NCBI GenBank assembly: GCA_010093815.1
Contig: ML996576.1
Length of the DNA stretch: 64,000 nt
DNA from: Pseudovirgaria hyperparasitica
Taxonomy: Eukaryota
Direction: 5' to 3' (one strand)
The notes beneath the pieces were generated by a model. That model saw only the letters and a list, made by a program, of their open reading frames with translations. It ran no database searches and was not told where the DNA came from. This document shows, piece by piece, positions 11,589 to 22,892 of this stretch (position 1 is its first letter; each line of letters opens with the position of its first letter). Made by a program: the position numbers and the translations under genes.

Positions 11589-12238
11589 AATACCAGGTCT
11601 CTTGAGCTACGTCGTTCGGTTTCAGCGCTTTCCGGTTCACTGGTTGTTTCGAGTCTTTTCCCTCACCATCATGTGGTCATTATTGTCGTTACTAGCAGGT
11701 TTATCAGCGCATCGCCGTCGTTTGGGTTATAGAGCACGGCGTTATCATAAGAGCCTCATCTTGATTTATTCAATTTGAGAGCTCTTTTCGTTTTCACTAT
11801 ACACCCTGCTTTTTCTTGACGTAGTTTGACTGTAGTACGTATTTCGTTCTATGAAGCTAACACAAAAAGGTTTATTACTTATCGCTTTTCTTTCGGAGAC
11901 TGCTAGATCTAATAGGACTCAGATCTACCTAACAAAGTTGAGATATTATAGCATCGTGCACCGCTACGGTAATTTATCAATAAAGAACTTCTATGCTAGT
12001 AAGCCAAAAGCGCACAGTACCTGGCACCGAGTCTGAAATGTATCCTCAAGGAAAACAGTGTATTTTGATCTCCAGCGTTGTCTAGTGGGCTTTTCTCAGT
12101 CACTTTCTTCACTGCTAAGATATCGTTACCCAGAGATGTTGTGTACCAGGAATTGAAAGGATTAGTAAGACAAAAGTGCTTTCCAAAAAATGTTTTCAAA
12201 AAATATAATCACAGTATCTTCATTCATCAGATATCATG

Positions 12239-12321
12239 GGGCTAATAGTATAGAGGTATTATGCTCGCTTCGCATCTCTGTGAATTGTGAGAGGTCCTGG
12301 GTTCAATTCCCAGTTAGTCCA
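12239..12321 (+). tRNA. tRNA-Ala(CGC) with 11-nt intron
   Basis: Acceptor stem GGGCTAA/TTAGTCC with G3:U70; anticodon CGC at 12271-12273; intron 12275-12285; T-arm CTGGG-TTCAATT-CCCAG; T-run terminator just downstream. Confidence 0.93.
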
Positions 12322-12384
12322 TGTCTTTTTGCTTATTTCGCCCTCGTTAAAACCATGCATTTCCACTTTTTATACTATTGTAAT

Positions 12385-12565
12385 TGGTCAAGATAATTGG
12401 AATATTAAATACTGTTAGCTACTTATACAGAGTCTAAAACTATAAGACTATTATGGATATATTATATATATTATACTAATTTTATAAGCTTAGACTCATT
12501 TATTCTAAGATTTATATATAGTTTATTGTTGGATTACCTTTGTATATTTTCTATCTTATATACTT
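12385..12565. repeat. AT-rich, RIP-like degenerate repeat remnant
   Basis: Abrupt very AT- and TpA-rich tract beside the tRNA; no ORF. Confidence 0.5.
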
Positions 12566-14218
12566 TTGTTCATGACTAAAGACCTGCAGTGTTGGTATTA
12601 GGAAACAGTAGGCGCGCCGATCAATGTGCGACATCTAGACCATAGAATTGGAAATGCGAGAGGACCCTTCGACCTTCGCCCACAGAATCCATCCTACGCG
12701 CACCTAAGTGATCTCCTTGTCGGATGCGCATGTCTATCTACAACGATCGCAACTCCTCGTTCATGATAAGCCGTCAAGAGGAGGACGATCTACGTTCGGA
12801 ATTGCAAGACGATGCCTATGCACACTGCGATTCATTGGGTGACGCGATCGTGGCAGCTTTTTGTGACAGAGGCTAGAGCGACGTTGCAAAGAGCCAGATG
12901 GGCTTAGGCAGTGCCCTTATGATAAGGTTGAAAGACATACGGGTGGCATAGTTAGTATTTGCACGATCCATTAGACTATTACCCAGCATGCGTATCTGAC
13001 CCCAGAAGTATGCCAACTCTTGACTTCAGCACAGTTCAGCAATGGAATGCTTTCAACTGTACGGCTTTGGAAAAGCGCTGGAGTTGATGTTTGAACATGC
13101 CGACTCCAAGGACCTGACCTTCCTTTGCCGTGAATGTAATGCGTCCTGCTAGTTTATGCTTCTACGTATGAGCGTGGTGCGAGAGTACCTCATCAGCTTT
13201 ACATCTCGGTCTTTGTGACTAAGCTATCGTAAAGTTCGTGCAGAATTTAGCGATATCTCCGGAAGGTTCATGAGTGTTCTGGATATACTACTACCCTCGT
13301 AGGACGAGATAGAGGGCGCTGGATAGCCAAAGAGAGGACCCCAAGAGAACGATCAATCGATAGAACCTCTCGTGAAAGCGCCATGGTCCATCAGCGTTGA
13401 AGTGAGAGCATCCATTCCAGGCAGAGACTCAAGATTCAGATGCAATGAACATCCTTCAGAAAGACCAAAATCCATCTACTCCAAAAAAAAGTGGACAAAC
13501 GACTTACGAAGCTCAACCTGTAGATACTTTTGTCCTTCTCACAGTTCCGAGGGAATTGAAAGTATCAATCCAGCGCTAACATCAAACCATCTTCAAAGTG
13601 GATGGACGTGCAGTTCCATTTATACGGCATCATTTATCCGCCAACCGGGGTTCAGCACATCGATTCCGGCGTTTCGACCACAACGTCGACATCACGCGCG
13701 TAGCAGCCCTGTTACGTCATCTCAGTGCTTCCATATAAGATTCCTCCTGACTCTTGTATTACTACTGTTCATGAGTCGACAATTTGTTTGCTTAGTATGG
13801 ACAAAGCCAATAAATGTACGCCCGTTCAAGCCTCAGAGTCGTACATGATATTCCGTCGGCCCGCTTTGCATATATTGCGGAGAGCCTCGTGCCTGCCACG
13901 CTGCTCAGGAATACCCTAGATCTGTGGTATATGCTGTGGACTCATGACTGGGATGTGTCTTGGAGCACTCTATTTCCCAAGTGACCTGTCGTCGGTATCA
14001 TACGCATTGAGAGTGGAGAGTGGTTGCTACTAGACTACATACAAAATCATTTTCCCCAGCCGTGGATCAGATAGGTACTGTACTGGTATCGTCTTCTCAA
14101 CTTTAGCTACCCCGAAGAGCACAGCTACAGGAAGGATCATTTGAATCTCGCTATTCTTCTCCATTCTCTTTCACCCTCAAGTCATCAATCCCATACCCAT
14201 TACTGTACCCATCCAACC

Positions 14219-15047
14219 ATGAAGTCCCTCACTCTAATCCTCACCACCGCCACCCTCGCCGCTGCCCACGGCTACGTCGACAACGCAACCATCGGCGGCA
14301 CATACTACCAATTCTACCGTCCGTCTCTCTCCCCCCGCTTTCCCTCTCCTGTCCATCCCCCTCTCATCCCCAGTCTCCCACCAAAACTAACACCCCATCC
14401 CAGAACCCTACCAAGACCCCTACATGTCCCCGATCCCACCACGCATCTCGCGCCCCATCCAAGGCAACGGCCCCGTCACCGACCTCTCCCTAATCGACCT
14501 CCAATGCGGCGGCTACACCGCCGGCGGCATCTCCGGCTCAACCCCAGCCGCCCTGCACGCCACCGCCGCCGCCGGGTCCAAGGTCACGCTCCGCTGGACG
14601 CTCTGGCCGGACAGCCACGTCGGGCCGACAATCACGTACATGGCGCGCTGTCCGGAGAGCGGGTGCACGGGGTACTCGCCCGGCGCCGCGGCGGTGTGGT
14701 TCAAGGTGCAGGAGAGCGGACGCGAGGGCACGAGCAATGTGTGGGGCGACACGAGGCTGATGGTGGGTGGGAATGCCGGGGTGGAGTATACGATTCCGGG
14801 GTGCTTGAAGGCCGGGTATTATCTTGTTAGGCACGAGATTGTGGCGCTGCATAGTGCGTATGAGTATCCGGGTGCGCAGTTCTATCCGGGGTGTCATCAG
14901 GTCAAGGTTACGGGGGGTAGGACGACGGTTCCTGGTGGACTGGTGGCGTTTCCGGGGGCGTATAAGGGGAGTGATGCTGGGATCACGTACGATTCGTATA
15001 AGGCGCAGACGTATACGGTGCCAGGACCGAAGTTGTTTAGCTGCTAG
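14219..15047 (+). CDS. AA9 lytic polysaccharide monooxygenase (secreted, no CBM), 2 exons
   Basis: 16-aa signal peptide then His1 (HGYVDNATIGG); exons 14219-14318 and 14404-15047; SHVGP second His, RHEIVALH and GAQFYPGC motifs. Confidence 0.96.
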
Positions 15048-15283
15048 ACCGCAGGTATAGACTGTGCGGAGCGTTCAAGGAACATACTACCTGGGAAACA
15101 TGTTATAATATAGCTATCAACTATACTTAGTTTGTGGTTTTATGATATCAGTACATGACCTGCTTGGACTCGATATTCGAGACCCCTTCCATAAGCCTCT
15201 TTAAGATCAGGCCTAAGTATTGCATGATTTATCGACTCACATTCATAAATACCACCAGCAGTGATTTCGGTGACTCCTGGTAT

Positions 15284-17407
15284 TTAATCCACGACAAAGG
15301 TGTCCTTCGTCCATCCGAAAACTTTTTGAAAGCGTTTACGAAAGATGTGCAATTTGTGGCCTTCAATCTTGGAAGTATGTTGCCGGTGGACCGTCAAGGA
15401 TCTGTTAGCATTCATGTCCTCTGGGGGATAGAGCGCAAAGACAGAGCCAAACTTTGGCTTGATCGAAAATCTCAGTTCTGATAGAGCTGACTGTAAGCCA
15501 ATCCACGTGATTGATGCACCTTGTATCGATGGATCAAGAAGAGTTGAGAAAAGCTCAGCAGTTGCTGGCTTCACCTTGATCGGCTTGGGAGCCGGCACTG
15601 TTTCGGCTGTCTCTTCGATCTTCGGGCCAGATATATCAAAGACCGAAACGCTAGCAGGCCGAGTCTTCTCCTTTACTTTGCGTTGCTCCACCACTTCTGC
15701 CTGCGATGGCTTCTGTACAGGGGGTACGGCTGGAGTTTGCCCCTTTTCCATCTTGTCTTTGAAGTGCTCGTACTGATTCTTCAAATCCTGTAGAGAGTCC
15801 TGCAACATGTCCTGGAACAATGATCCGAGCCTGGAGCCTGCATTTTGGATCACGAATGCGTTCAGTGCTTTCAAGGCGGATCTGGCCATGTCGGGCTCTA
15901 GAAGGTTGTCGATAGGGACGGCAAACTCGCCAAGATCGAGTTCATGTTTCAGCCTCCCAAGTTCTTCTTCCAAGGCGTTCTCTCTTGAAACGAAAAGGAG
16001 GCCCTTCTTGCGTGACACGGACGGCATTGAGAAAACAGGTGATAGGTCCCTGATAAAGGCAACGATGACTGCTAATTGTGCTAAAGCATCGGTCTCATGC
16101 TCAACCAGGGATTCTCGCTCCATAGGATGAGCTCTGTGAAGAGCATCCAGTTTCTGGATCCACTCGATTGCCTGTATCGGCGTCAAGCTTTGGTCACAGA
16201 GGCGAAGTAGATAGTGGAGCTGTGGGTCAAGCCTCGTCAATTGCTCGGGTTGGGTCTTAGTCGTTATTTTTGCATTCCCGTGGGTAGTAGCATTTGATAT
16301 CCTCTTGAACCACTTCGAACCGCTGCAAGTTGCAAGGCGCCGTTTCAAGCAAGATTGGGCGCGAGTAAATTCCAGATGGCACACGTTTGATAGCTCTTGC
16401 AGAACCACAGCCCGATGAACCTTATCAACCGAGCTTGAAAGAAGCTGTACGAGCTCGTAAATGTAGTCCCAGATGGCTGCGTCGGCTACAGCCCCGACTA
16501 CTGCATCCATCACCGCTGCACTGATGTGCCGGTCAGTATGGGCCGGTAGCCTACGTCCTTTTTCGTCTGCGACGAGTTCTGGTCGCGCAAAGAACGACAC
16601 GCTGACTGCATGTGTTAGAACTACTGGTTCATTCCTCAAGAGACTCAGATATTCGTGGAGTGACGCCTTTTGATCGGATGCTGCCATAACGAGATCTGGT
16701 ACAGAAAGCTTCTGAGGGCGGTCCTTGAGCGCCATTTTCTCAAGAGCTGCAGTGGCAGGTTGGGAGGACTTCTTTGCGCATGACTTGGTATTTCTCGTTG
16801 CTGAACTCTCTAAGATATCATCGATTAAGATGACCAAAGTCTGCAGGGTATACATTTGACGGTTCAGAATGAGTTCCCCAACATCCTGTGGTACACAGAC
16901 CATGCTCTCTATGGCGAGCGAAATCTTTGCAAGTACCTCTCGTCTGTGCTGTGATGGAACGTTGAAGAAGGATCCGTACTTTTCTTCGACCATGAACATA
17001 GCAAAACAATTCTCGAGCGCTCTGGCTTGTGCGTGTCGTAGACCTTGCTTGTCAATTGCATTAAGAATATGCCGATGATCCCCGATCTGTCCATTTGGAC
17101 CAGACGCATATTGGTGGGTGAGCTCGGTCGTTGCGCGATGTTCCAATATGTTCAACAGAAAGGACGCATCGGTGCTGATGTCCTGGATATTGAGTTCGGG
17201 AATCATCTTGTATGCATCGCCCAATGATCGATCGCGAGGATGTTGGAGAACATCACCATTTGCCGCACCAGCTCTGAAGACGTTTGTACGCTGAGATGAA
17301 TCGAATTGCTGCCATAATTCTTTGACTCTAGCACCGTGGATACGATATCTCTGTGTCAGATCATGGTGCAGTTCCTTCACTGTAAAAGCCAGTGCGGATG
17401 ATTGCAT
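15284..17407 (-). CDS. Uncharacterised fungal 'ipa protein'-type protein with HicA-like C-terminal domain
   Basis: Intronless ORF of about 707 aa from the first ATG (17407); ELHHDL...VLQHPRDRSLG...EHRAT resembles a family I recall annotated 'ipa protein'; tail ITW...LRF...FGS...VHRQH...FGW. Confidence 0.75.
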   Translation of the reverse strand: MQSSALAFTVKELHHDLTQRYRIHGARVKELWQQFDSSQRTNVFRAGAANGDVLQHPRDRSLGDAYKMIPELNIQDISTDASFLLNILEHRATTELTHQYASGPNGQIGDHRHILNAIDKQGLRHAQARALENCFAMFMVEEKYGSFFNVPSQHRREVLAKISLAIESMVCVPQDVGELILNRQMYTLQTLVILIDDILESSATRNTKSCAKKSSQPATAALEKMALKDRPQKLSVPDLVMAASDQKASLHEYLSLLRNEPVVLTHAVSVSFFARPELVADEKGRRLPAHTDRHISAAVMDAVVGAVADAAIWDYIYELVQLLSSSVDKVHRAVVLQELSNVCHLEFTRAQSCLKRRLATCSGSKWFKRISNATTHGNAKITTKTQPEQLTRLDPQLHYLLRLCDQSLTPIQAIEWIQKLDALHRAHPMERESLVEHETDALAQLAVIVAFIRDLSPVFSMPSVSRKKGLLFVSRENALEEELGRLKHELDLGEFAVPIDNLLEPDMARSALKALNAFVIQNAGSRLGSLFQDMLQDSLQDLKNQYEHFKDKMEKGQTPAVPPVQKPSQAEVVEQRKVKEKTRPASVSVFDISGPKIEETAETVPAPKPIKVKPATAELFSTLLDPSIQGASITWIGLQSALSELRFSIKPKFGSVFALYPPEDMNANRSLTVHRQHTSKIEGHKLHIFRKRFQKVFGWTKDTFVVD

Positions 17408-17482
17408 GAGGTGCAACTTTATTGGCAATGACGTGCCGAGAGACGTTGATCTTGTACGAGACGGGTGAAGAAGAAGAAAAAA

Positions 17483-17504
17483 CACACACAGAGAGAGAGA
17501 GACA

Positions 17505-17538
<34 letters not shown>
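17483..17538. repeat. (CA)n/(GA)n microsatellite
   Basis: Directly visible dinucleotide run. Confidence 0.95.
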
Positions 17539-18481
17539 TGTGAGAAAAGCCAATTCAGACGTCCGACAAAGGCAAGAACAACACACTCCGTCGCCACTCT
17601 TTCCACATATATCAACTCGTCCCGCTAACATTTGTCAAGGACAAGAAATCATAGAAAGATAAAATACTAGTCACCCTAACCACTACTATTCTCTCATTGC
17701 TATCTATGAAATCTAGCAATGATTCAATGAACGAATGAGTTCACTCAGACTTCGACTGCCCACATTCATGAGATGTTGCACACGGAAGACTGCCCATGTC
17801 ACAATGCACGCAGCAACAATGCACGGGGCTGCGTGACATGTTCGCGTAATTTGCTTATAGCCAGTCTTATATCTTTACTATTACCCACTGGGATTGGTCT
17901 ACCTTGGTACATGATGCTGCACGATAATGGTAGATGTTACCACTGGCTCACGATGACCTACACGGGTTGAGATAGACTACTTACACTTTCTATGCCTTAT
18001 ATACCTTATAGCCGTGAGATACATGATATAGCTAAGGCAGGGTCTTCAGGTTTCGTTGCTGAGATAGAGCAGTGCTAGACCGACTTGATGAAGCGCTGTC
18101 TCTCCTCTCCTCTTGTGGTCCCTTCAGAGAGTTCATTTTTAGGGTCATCTTTGTCGTCTTTAACCACGTCTCGATCATAGTATGTATAATGTGATGCTGT
18201 AGATTGGGTTGTCCCTGTTCCCCTTGAACCATTCTTTCGGGCTTTGCTTTATACGGTCTAAACTGCATCCCCCATTGCTCCTACACTGACCTCATGATCT
18301 CAAGCTATAACGACACAAGTAACCCAGAACCACACTGAGAGCACTATATCAAAGCTCATACTCATCCCACCGTCTACCAACCGCATGCCCAGCACGCAAC
18401 CCATCACACCCCCATCCCAACCCCACAAAGCCCATTCCTCATCCCAACAACCCCATCCCCATCCCACACACCCACCGACCT

Positions 18482-18868
18482 CTAAGCCCACCCCCTCTCC
18501 CTCAAAAACGCCCTCACCCCCTCCACAACGTACCCCTCACACCCCTCAAACCCCTCAAACCGCTCCTCCCCTCCCCCGCCCGGCACAACCTCCCACCTCC
18601 CCGGACACCGCAGCCCCCACCGCTCCATCATCACAAACTTCTCCCCCTCCAGCACCGTCAGAAACTCCTCCGTCTCCGCGCGCTCACGTGCGCCTTCCGC
18701 CGCGCCTCGCTGCCCCACGACGCCCCAGTAGTGCTCGATTGCGGCCTGGAGGCAGGCGAGGTAGAGTTGTTTGGCGGCGGGGGGTGCGTTGTCGGCGGGG
18801 ACGGCGTGGAGGGCGAGGCGGGTGCGTGCGAGGGCGGCTTTGGTTGTTTCGTTGGGGGATGTGGGCAT
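18482..18868 (-). CDS. Small hypothetical protein (128 aa)
   Basis: ATG in CCAAAATG context after a C/A-rich leader; TATAA near 19000; C-to-G codon skew as in the LPMO and SEC72 genes. Confidence 0.5.
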   Translation of the reverse strand: MPTSPNETTKAALARTRLALHAVPADNAPPAAKQLYLACLQAAIEHYWGVVGQRGAAEGARERAETEEFLTVLEGEKFVMMERWGLRCPGRWEVVPGGGGEERFEGFEGCEGYVVEGVRAFLRERGWA

Positions 18869-19649
18869 TTTGGTGGTGTGGTTGTTGTATTGGTGTGGAT
18901 TGTGGGTTGGGCTTCGTTGCTGGCTGGATGGTTTATGCTTGGTTGTTGTATGTGAGAATGCAGATGATGGGTGTTAGAGGTAGGTAGAAGACGGGAGTTA
19001 TAAGGGGTTCGCAACGACGGGTCATCTGGCTCTGCCTCTTTCACGAATCTGGTTCTTTGAAGAGGCATTGAGTGAAGGGCTTGCTTGTCCTGTGAGGCAT
19101 ACCGAACATATCGTGAAAGAGATGCATGCTGTGAATACGGGATGCTTTGTTGGTAACAGGCCTGGATACGTTAGTCACATAGACACTACACTGCAAGCAG
19201 AGCGAGGGAGAGAGCGAGTTCTTTGTGTCAGTCCGGCCAGGCCGTCCACGTACAGTACATATGGCAGACACACAATCCATCCAAAGACACAGTGCTTCTT
19301 TCTCTCTCTCTCTCTCGTCCCAGACCAAGCCTTCACGCAAAACAACAACTGCCGAAGTCTCCAAGATACCTGCCATGAAGCATCACGTACTAGCGCCATG
19401 ATGATCGTCTCCCACACCCTCAACACCCCATCCCCTTTCGCAACATCTTTCATTCATTCATCCTCCTCACATTACCTTCCGGAGAAGGCGCGGGACATTC
19501 CGACCGAATCCAGCTTTCCCCCAGTCACGTTCCCCATGCAATTGCCGTCTCTGCGTACGCACGTAAACCGGTAAGAAAAAACCTTTTCGGGGAATGAATT
19601 GCATGGACAAAAAATGTTTTCTATAATACGACAACTTGAAACCGATCCT

Positions 19650-20780
19650 GATTCCTAAATGACACCACCACCACCACCACCACCACCACCACCACCACGC
19701 GCCTTCTTTCTAGGCCTAATCCCTCCGTCGCCCCCCTCCCCCCCCCAATTCCCGCTGCGAACGCATCAGTGCGCGTCGCATCGCCTCAGGCCCTCCTCAC
19801 ACATCACGAGTGAGTTTTCCTCATCTCCGATCCCTGCCCACAATGTATGCCATGCAAGCAAGCAAGTAAACAACCAAGCAAGCAAGCACGCGCAACCCGC
19901 AACATTCCTCGGTCTCCCCTCCCTCCACCCTCGATTTTTCTACAAAAATCAACCCACCCCACCCTGTCTGTCCGAAAGCAGCGTCCCCACAACCCACAAG
20001 GACCCAAAGCAGCAAGCATAAAATGCCCCCCCAACCCCCCCCTCCAATGATCCTCTAGAGCTCCCACGGACGGTCCCAAGCCGGCATCGCCGAGGCTCGG
20101 AACACGCTCCCTCCTCCAATCGGCTTGCTTGTCAGCCAATGAGATCTGCCCTTCTTCTCTAGCCCAAAACCAAACGGGCGGGAAAGAAGGTAGACATAAT
20201 TGATACTTTGGTACTTCTTTCGCGCGGCGGCCGCGGCACCCCCGTTTCGTTTCGACCCTAACTAACAGCAGATGACAGGCGACCGGATCGGCATTCTTAT
20301 GATGAGATCAGTGCGTTTTCTGGGCGCGCGCGGGCATGTTGCGGGAGCGACCCGACTTAGGGTACCGACGGCACAATGACTAAGCCGCATTCGCTCGCAC
20401 GGTGGAGGGGAACGGACGGAGAACCAACCAGTCCAGTTGCTGCAACAAAGAAAAAAGTTCCATAGTGATGAATGGGCAGGATAATTCTTCTGGTAGATTG
20501 TCCTTCCAAAAAAATTAAAATGTATATGGTGAAGAGGGGCAGGGCAGGGGAATGCTGCCTGAGGCGTGGACAACTGCGCGAATGAAATGCGTACTATTAC
20601 GCGGGGGTGTCCCGAGCCGCGTGGGGTATCTTGAACCGGGCGCATTCTGACTATGATTTCGCGGACACAGTTCCAGACTGACAGCCAGGTATCCTGGTGG
20701 TAATCAAGTACCGAATAACGGAGAATGGATAGATGCTCGATGATGATAGTGTGACCAAGGCAGCTCGATTGTTTTTCTCG
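19650..20780 (+). ncRNA. Candidate structured ncRNA, possibly telomerase RNA (ends approximate)
   Basis: No credible ORF; TATAAT at 19622; ACCCTAAC at 20255-20262 two nt after a long hairpin (20167-20252); 12-bp helix 20146-20157/20531-20542 plus two further nested helices. Pseudoknot and 3' signals not resolved. Confidence 0.4.
19663..19698. repeat. (CAC)12 microsatellite
   Basis: Directly visible. Confidence 0.95.
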
Positions 20781-20790
20781 AGTCTTTTTT

Positions 20791-22481
20791 TTAGTACACA
20801 GTCGTAGAAACGACATCCACAGAGCCGTCCATCTCCCTCCCATTAGAGTGTGTGGAATGCGACGATTGCGGCGATGGCGACGAGTCCGGCGTGACGACCG
20901 GGGGAAACATGTCAATTACGTTGTTCGCGACCTGCAGTCGGAACTTTTGCGATAGATTGGCCAGGATGTGCTTCGTGAGCTGTCGCCCCGGGTGATGCTC
21001 CGGGAAGGTGAAGAAAGCCGGGCGTAGCGTGAACAGCAAGATGACGCCCGAGGTCTTGTCGCTGCGTTCGTTGGTCAGTCTGACGACTCGCTTGACCAGC
21101 AACGCGGCCAGATCGACCCTCTCTTTCTCCGACGGTCTCCAGGGCCGGGTGTCGATGCGAGACATGATCAGTCTGAAGGCACAGGCGATGACTATGGATA
21201 GTTCGTCGACGTGCTGTGTGAGGACGGCTTGTTGGCCCTTGAGGTGGTCGTTTGTTTCTATGAAGCGGATCATGTCCTTCTCTACGCCGTCCAGCTCTGC
21301 CCAGAAGTCCGCGCGTCTGTATTCGTCGTCCATCTCTTCGACCTTCTGCGTGCGAGCAGCGGCGTCGGATGCGATATGGGCCTTTTCGATGAGTCCTGTG
21401 GCGCGGTCTAGCACGTCTAGGAGCTCTGCGATTGAGCTGCGCGGTCGGGACGGGTCGAGCGGAGAGGCGGTGGCTTGGCGCCATCTCGAGTGTGTGAAGT
21501 AACCTTTTTGCTTCCGGACGCAGCTGATGGTGATCTGTGGACTTTTGTAAGCACTGAGTTCTTCGGGGGTCTCGCAGAATGAGGGCTTCATACATCCATA
21601 AGCCGTATGAAGTCCAGGACGGCAGGAGGTATGTCGTTGCCGGGACCCAGGTTCGCGTCTTGTAGGAATGCTCCTGCACCATCTATATGCATAGACCATC
21701 GTTGTCTATCTCGGAAGTCTATTGTCTGGGAAATCATCAGTGAAGAACAGGGCAAACGGAAGAATCATATGCCCACCTCGTAAAACTCCAACACTACCAT
21801 CGTGTACAGAGACTTGGTGTCGAATGTCTTTGTTGCATGTCCAGGCTTCTGCAGATGGTTCCGGAGTTGCGTGACAGCATAGGTGTAATGATACTGTGCT
21901 TCCATGTACATTGCATGGTCTCCAGTAGCCAACGCCTGGTCAGCGTAAGACGTTGCCGTAAGTGCTCTCCATAGCATCAGAGAATCCCCACTGGCCTGAG
22001 CCACCGGCCAAATCCACTGGTGGTGACCCGACGGGCAAGCGTTCGCGATGAAGCTGGACACGAGAGCATGCTGGATACTGGGACCAGCCGACACATGCGA
22101 TTCCGTAAGGGACGCGGCGGACAGCTTCTGGCAGATACACGACTGAGCCTCTGGCGACAACGTCAACGATTTGGAGTCGTCGGATCGATCTGTGGGCGGA
22201 ATTCTGGCCTCGAGACTGGCGAGCTTCTTCCTGAGGCGTCGGATCTCCTCGGCCTGCGTGAGGCCTTGGATGTTCCCTGCGTACTTGCATTTGTCTGGCG
22301 CGCCTTGAAAGCAGCATGCACTGCAAGGGGTTATGCGATCACACTGCTCTTCAGATTAGACAAAAACATGCGGTGGTTTGTGTGGAGGAGGAGGGCGCGG
22401 AGTGCTCGCCTTTCTCTTCTTCTTGACACACTCTGTACAAGACAGCCTTTGCCTCTTCGAGTTTCCGTTTGGGGGAGTCAT
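20791..22481 (-). CDS. Zn(II)2Cys6 transcription factor, 4 exons
   Basis: Exons 22481-22410, 22343-21777, 21725-21594, 21534-20791; spliced CTECVKKKRKCDRITPCSACCFQGAPDKC; WSMHIDGA fungal TF-domain motif; first intron GC-AG. Confidence 0.85.
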
Positions 22482-22791
22482 GGTCGTAGCGCCAAGTACC
22501 AAGTGGGCATGTGAAGTGGAGGGTACACGGTCTAGATAGGATGTACAATGCGAGCGAGATGCAAGTAGAAGTATGGCAAGCAGTTCGCCGGGTGCGCGTG
22601 ACCCGGACCCCCTTTCCTTTCGAACCGAACGTGAATCAAGGAGGAGCAAGGCAAATTCGGATTGTATCCGCGGCAGTATCATGAAACGGACCGTTTGAAA
22701 AGACAAGGCCCTTTCATGGGATCGCCTTCGAGATCTGGATATCTGTAAGGCGAACGTTGCAAAAGCTTCCAGGGCCCCCGACGGGGACTAA

Positions 22792-22892
22792 CTGGGGCGT
22801 CGACTGCAGCGGGGCGGCCGATGGTCCGAAAAGGGGCCTATGGGATGCGGCCTAGATGTCACCCCGCACGAGTACGTATAAATAGCCCCCCT
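22792..22892. promoter_or_regulatory. Cluster of CreA/Mig1-type (SYGGRG) and STRE-like sites plus a TATA box
   Basis: CTGGGG 22792, GCGGGG 22809, AGGGG 22832, CCCCGC 22862, TATAAATA 22877, CCCCT 22888. Confidence 0.35.

Noticed and set aside
17673..17681. ACCCTAACC telomere-like 9-mer (also GGTTAGGGT at 23058-23066) as telomerase template
   Set aside because: No adjacent boundary hairpin or enclosing helix noticed, and little non-coding room downstream; such matches are expected by chance.
19659..20021. Poly-proline ORF
   Set aside because: Produced by the (CAC)n microsatellite and C-runs; no domain or credible spliced continuation.
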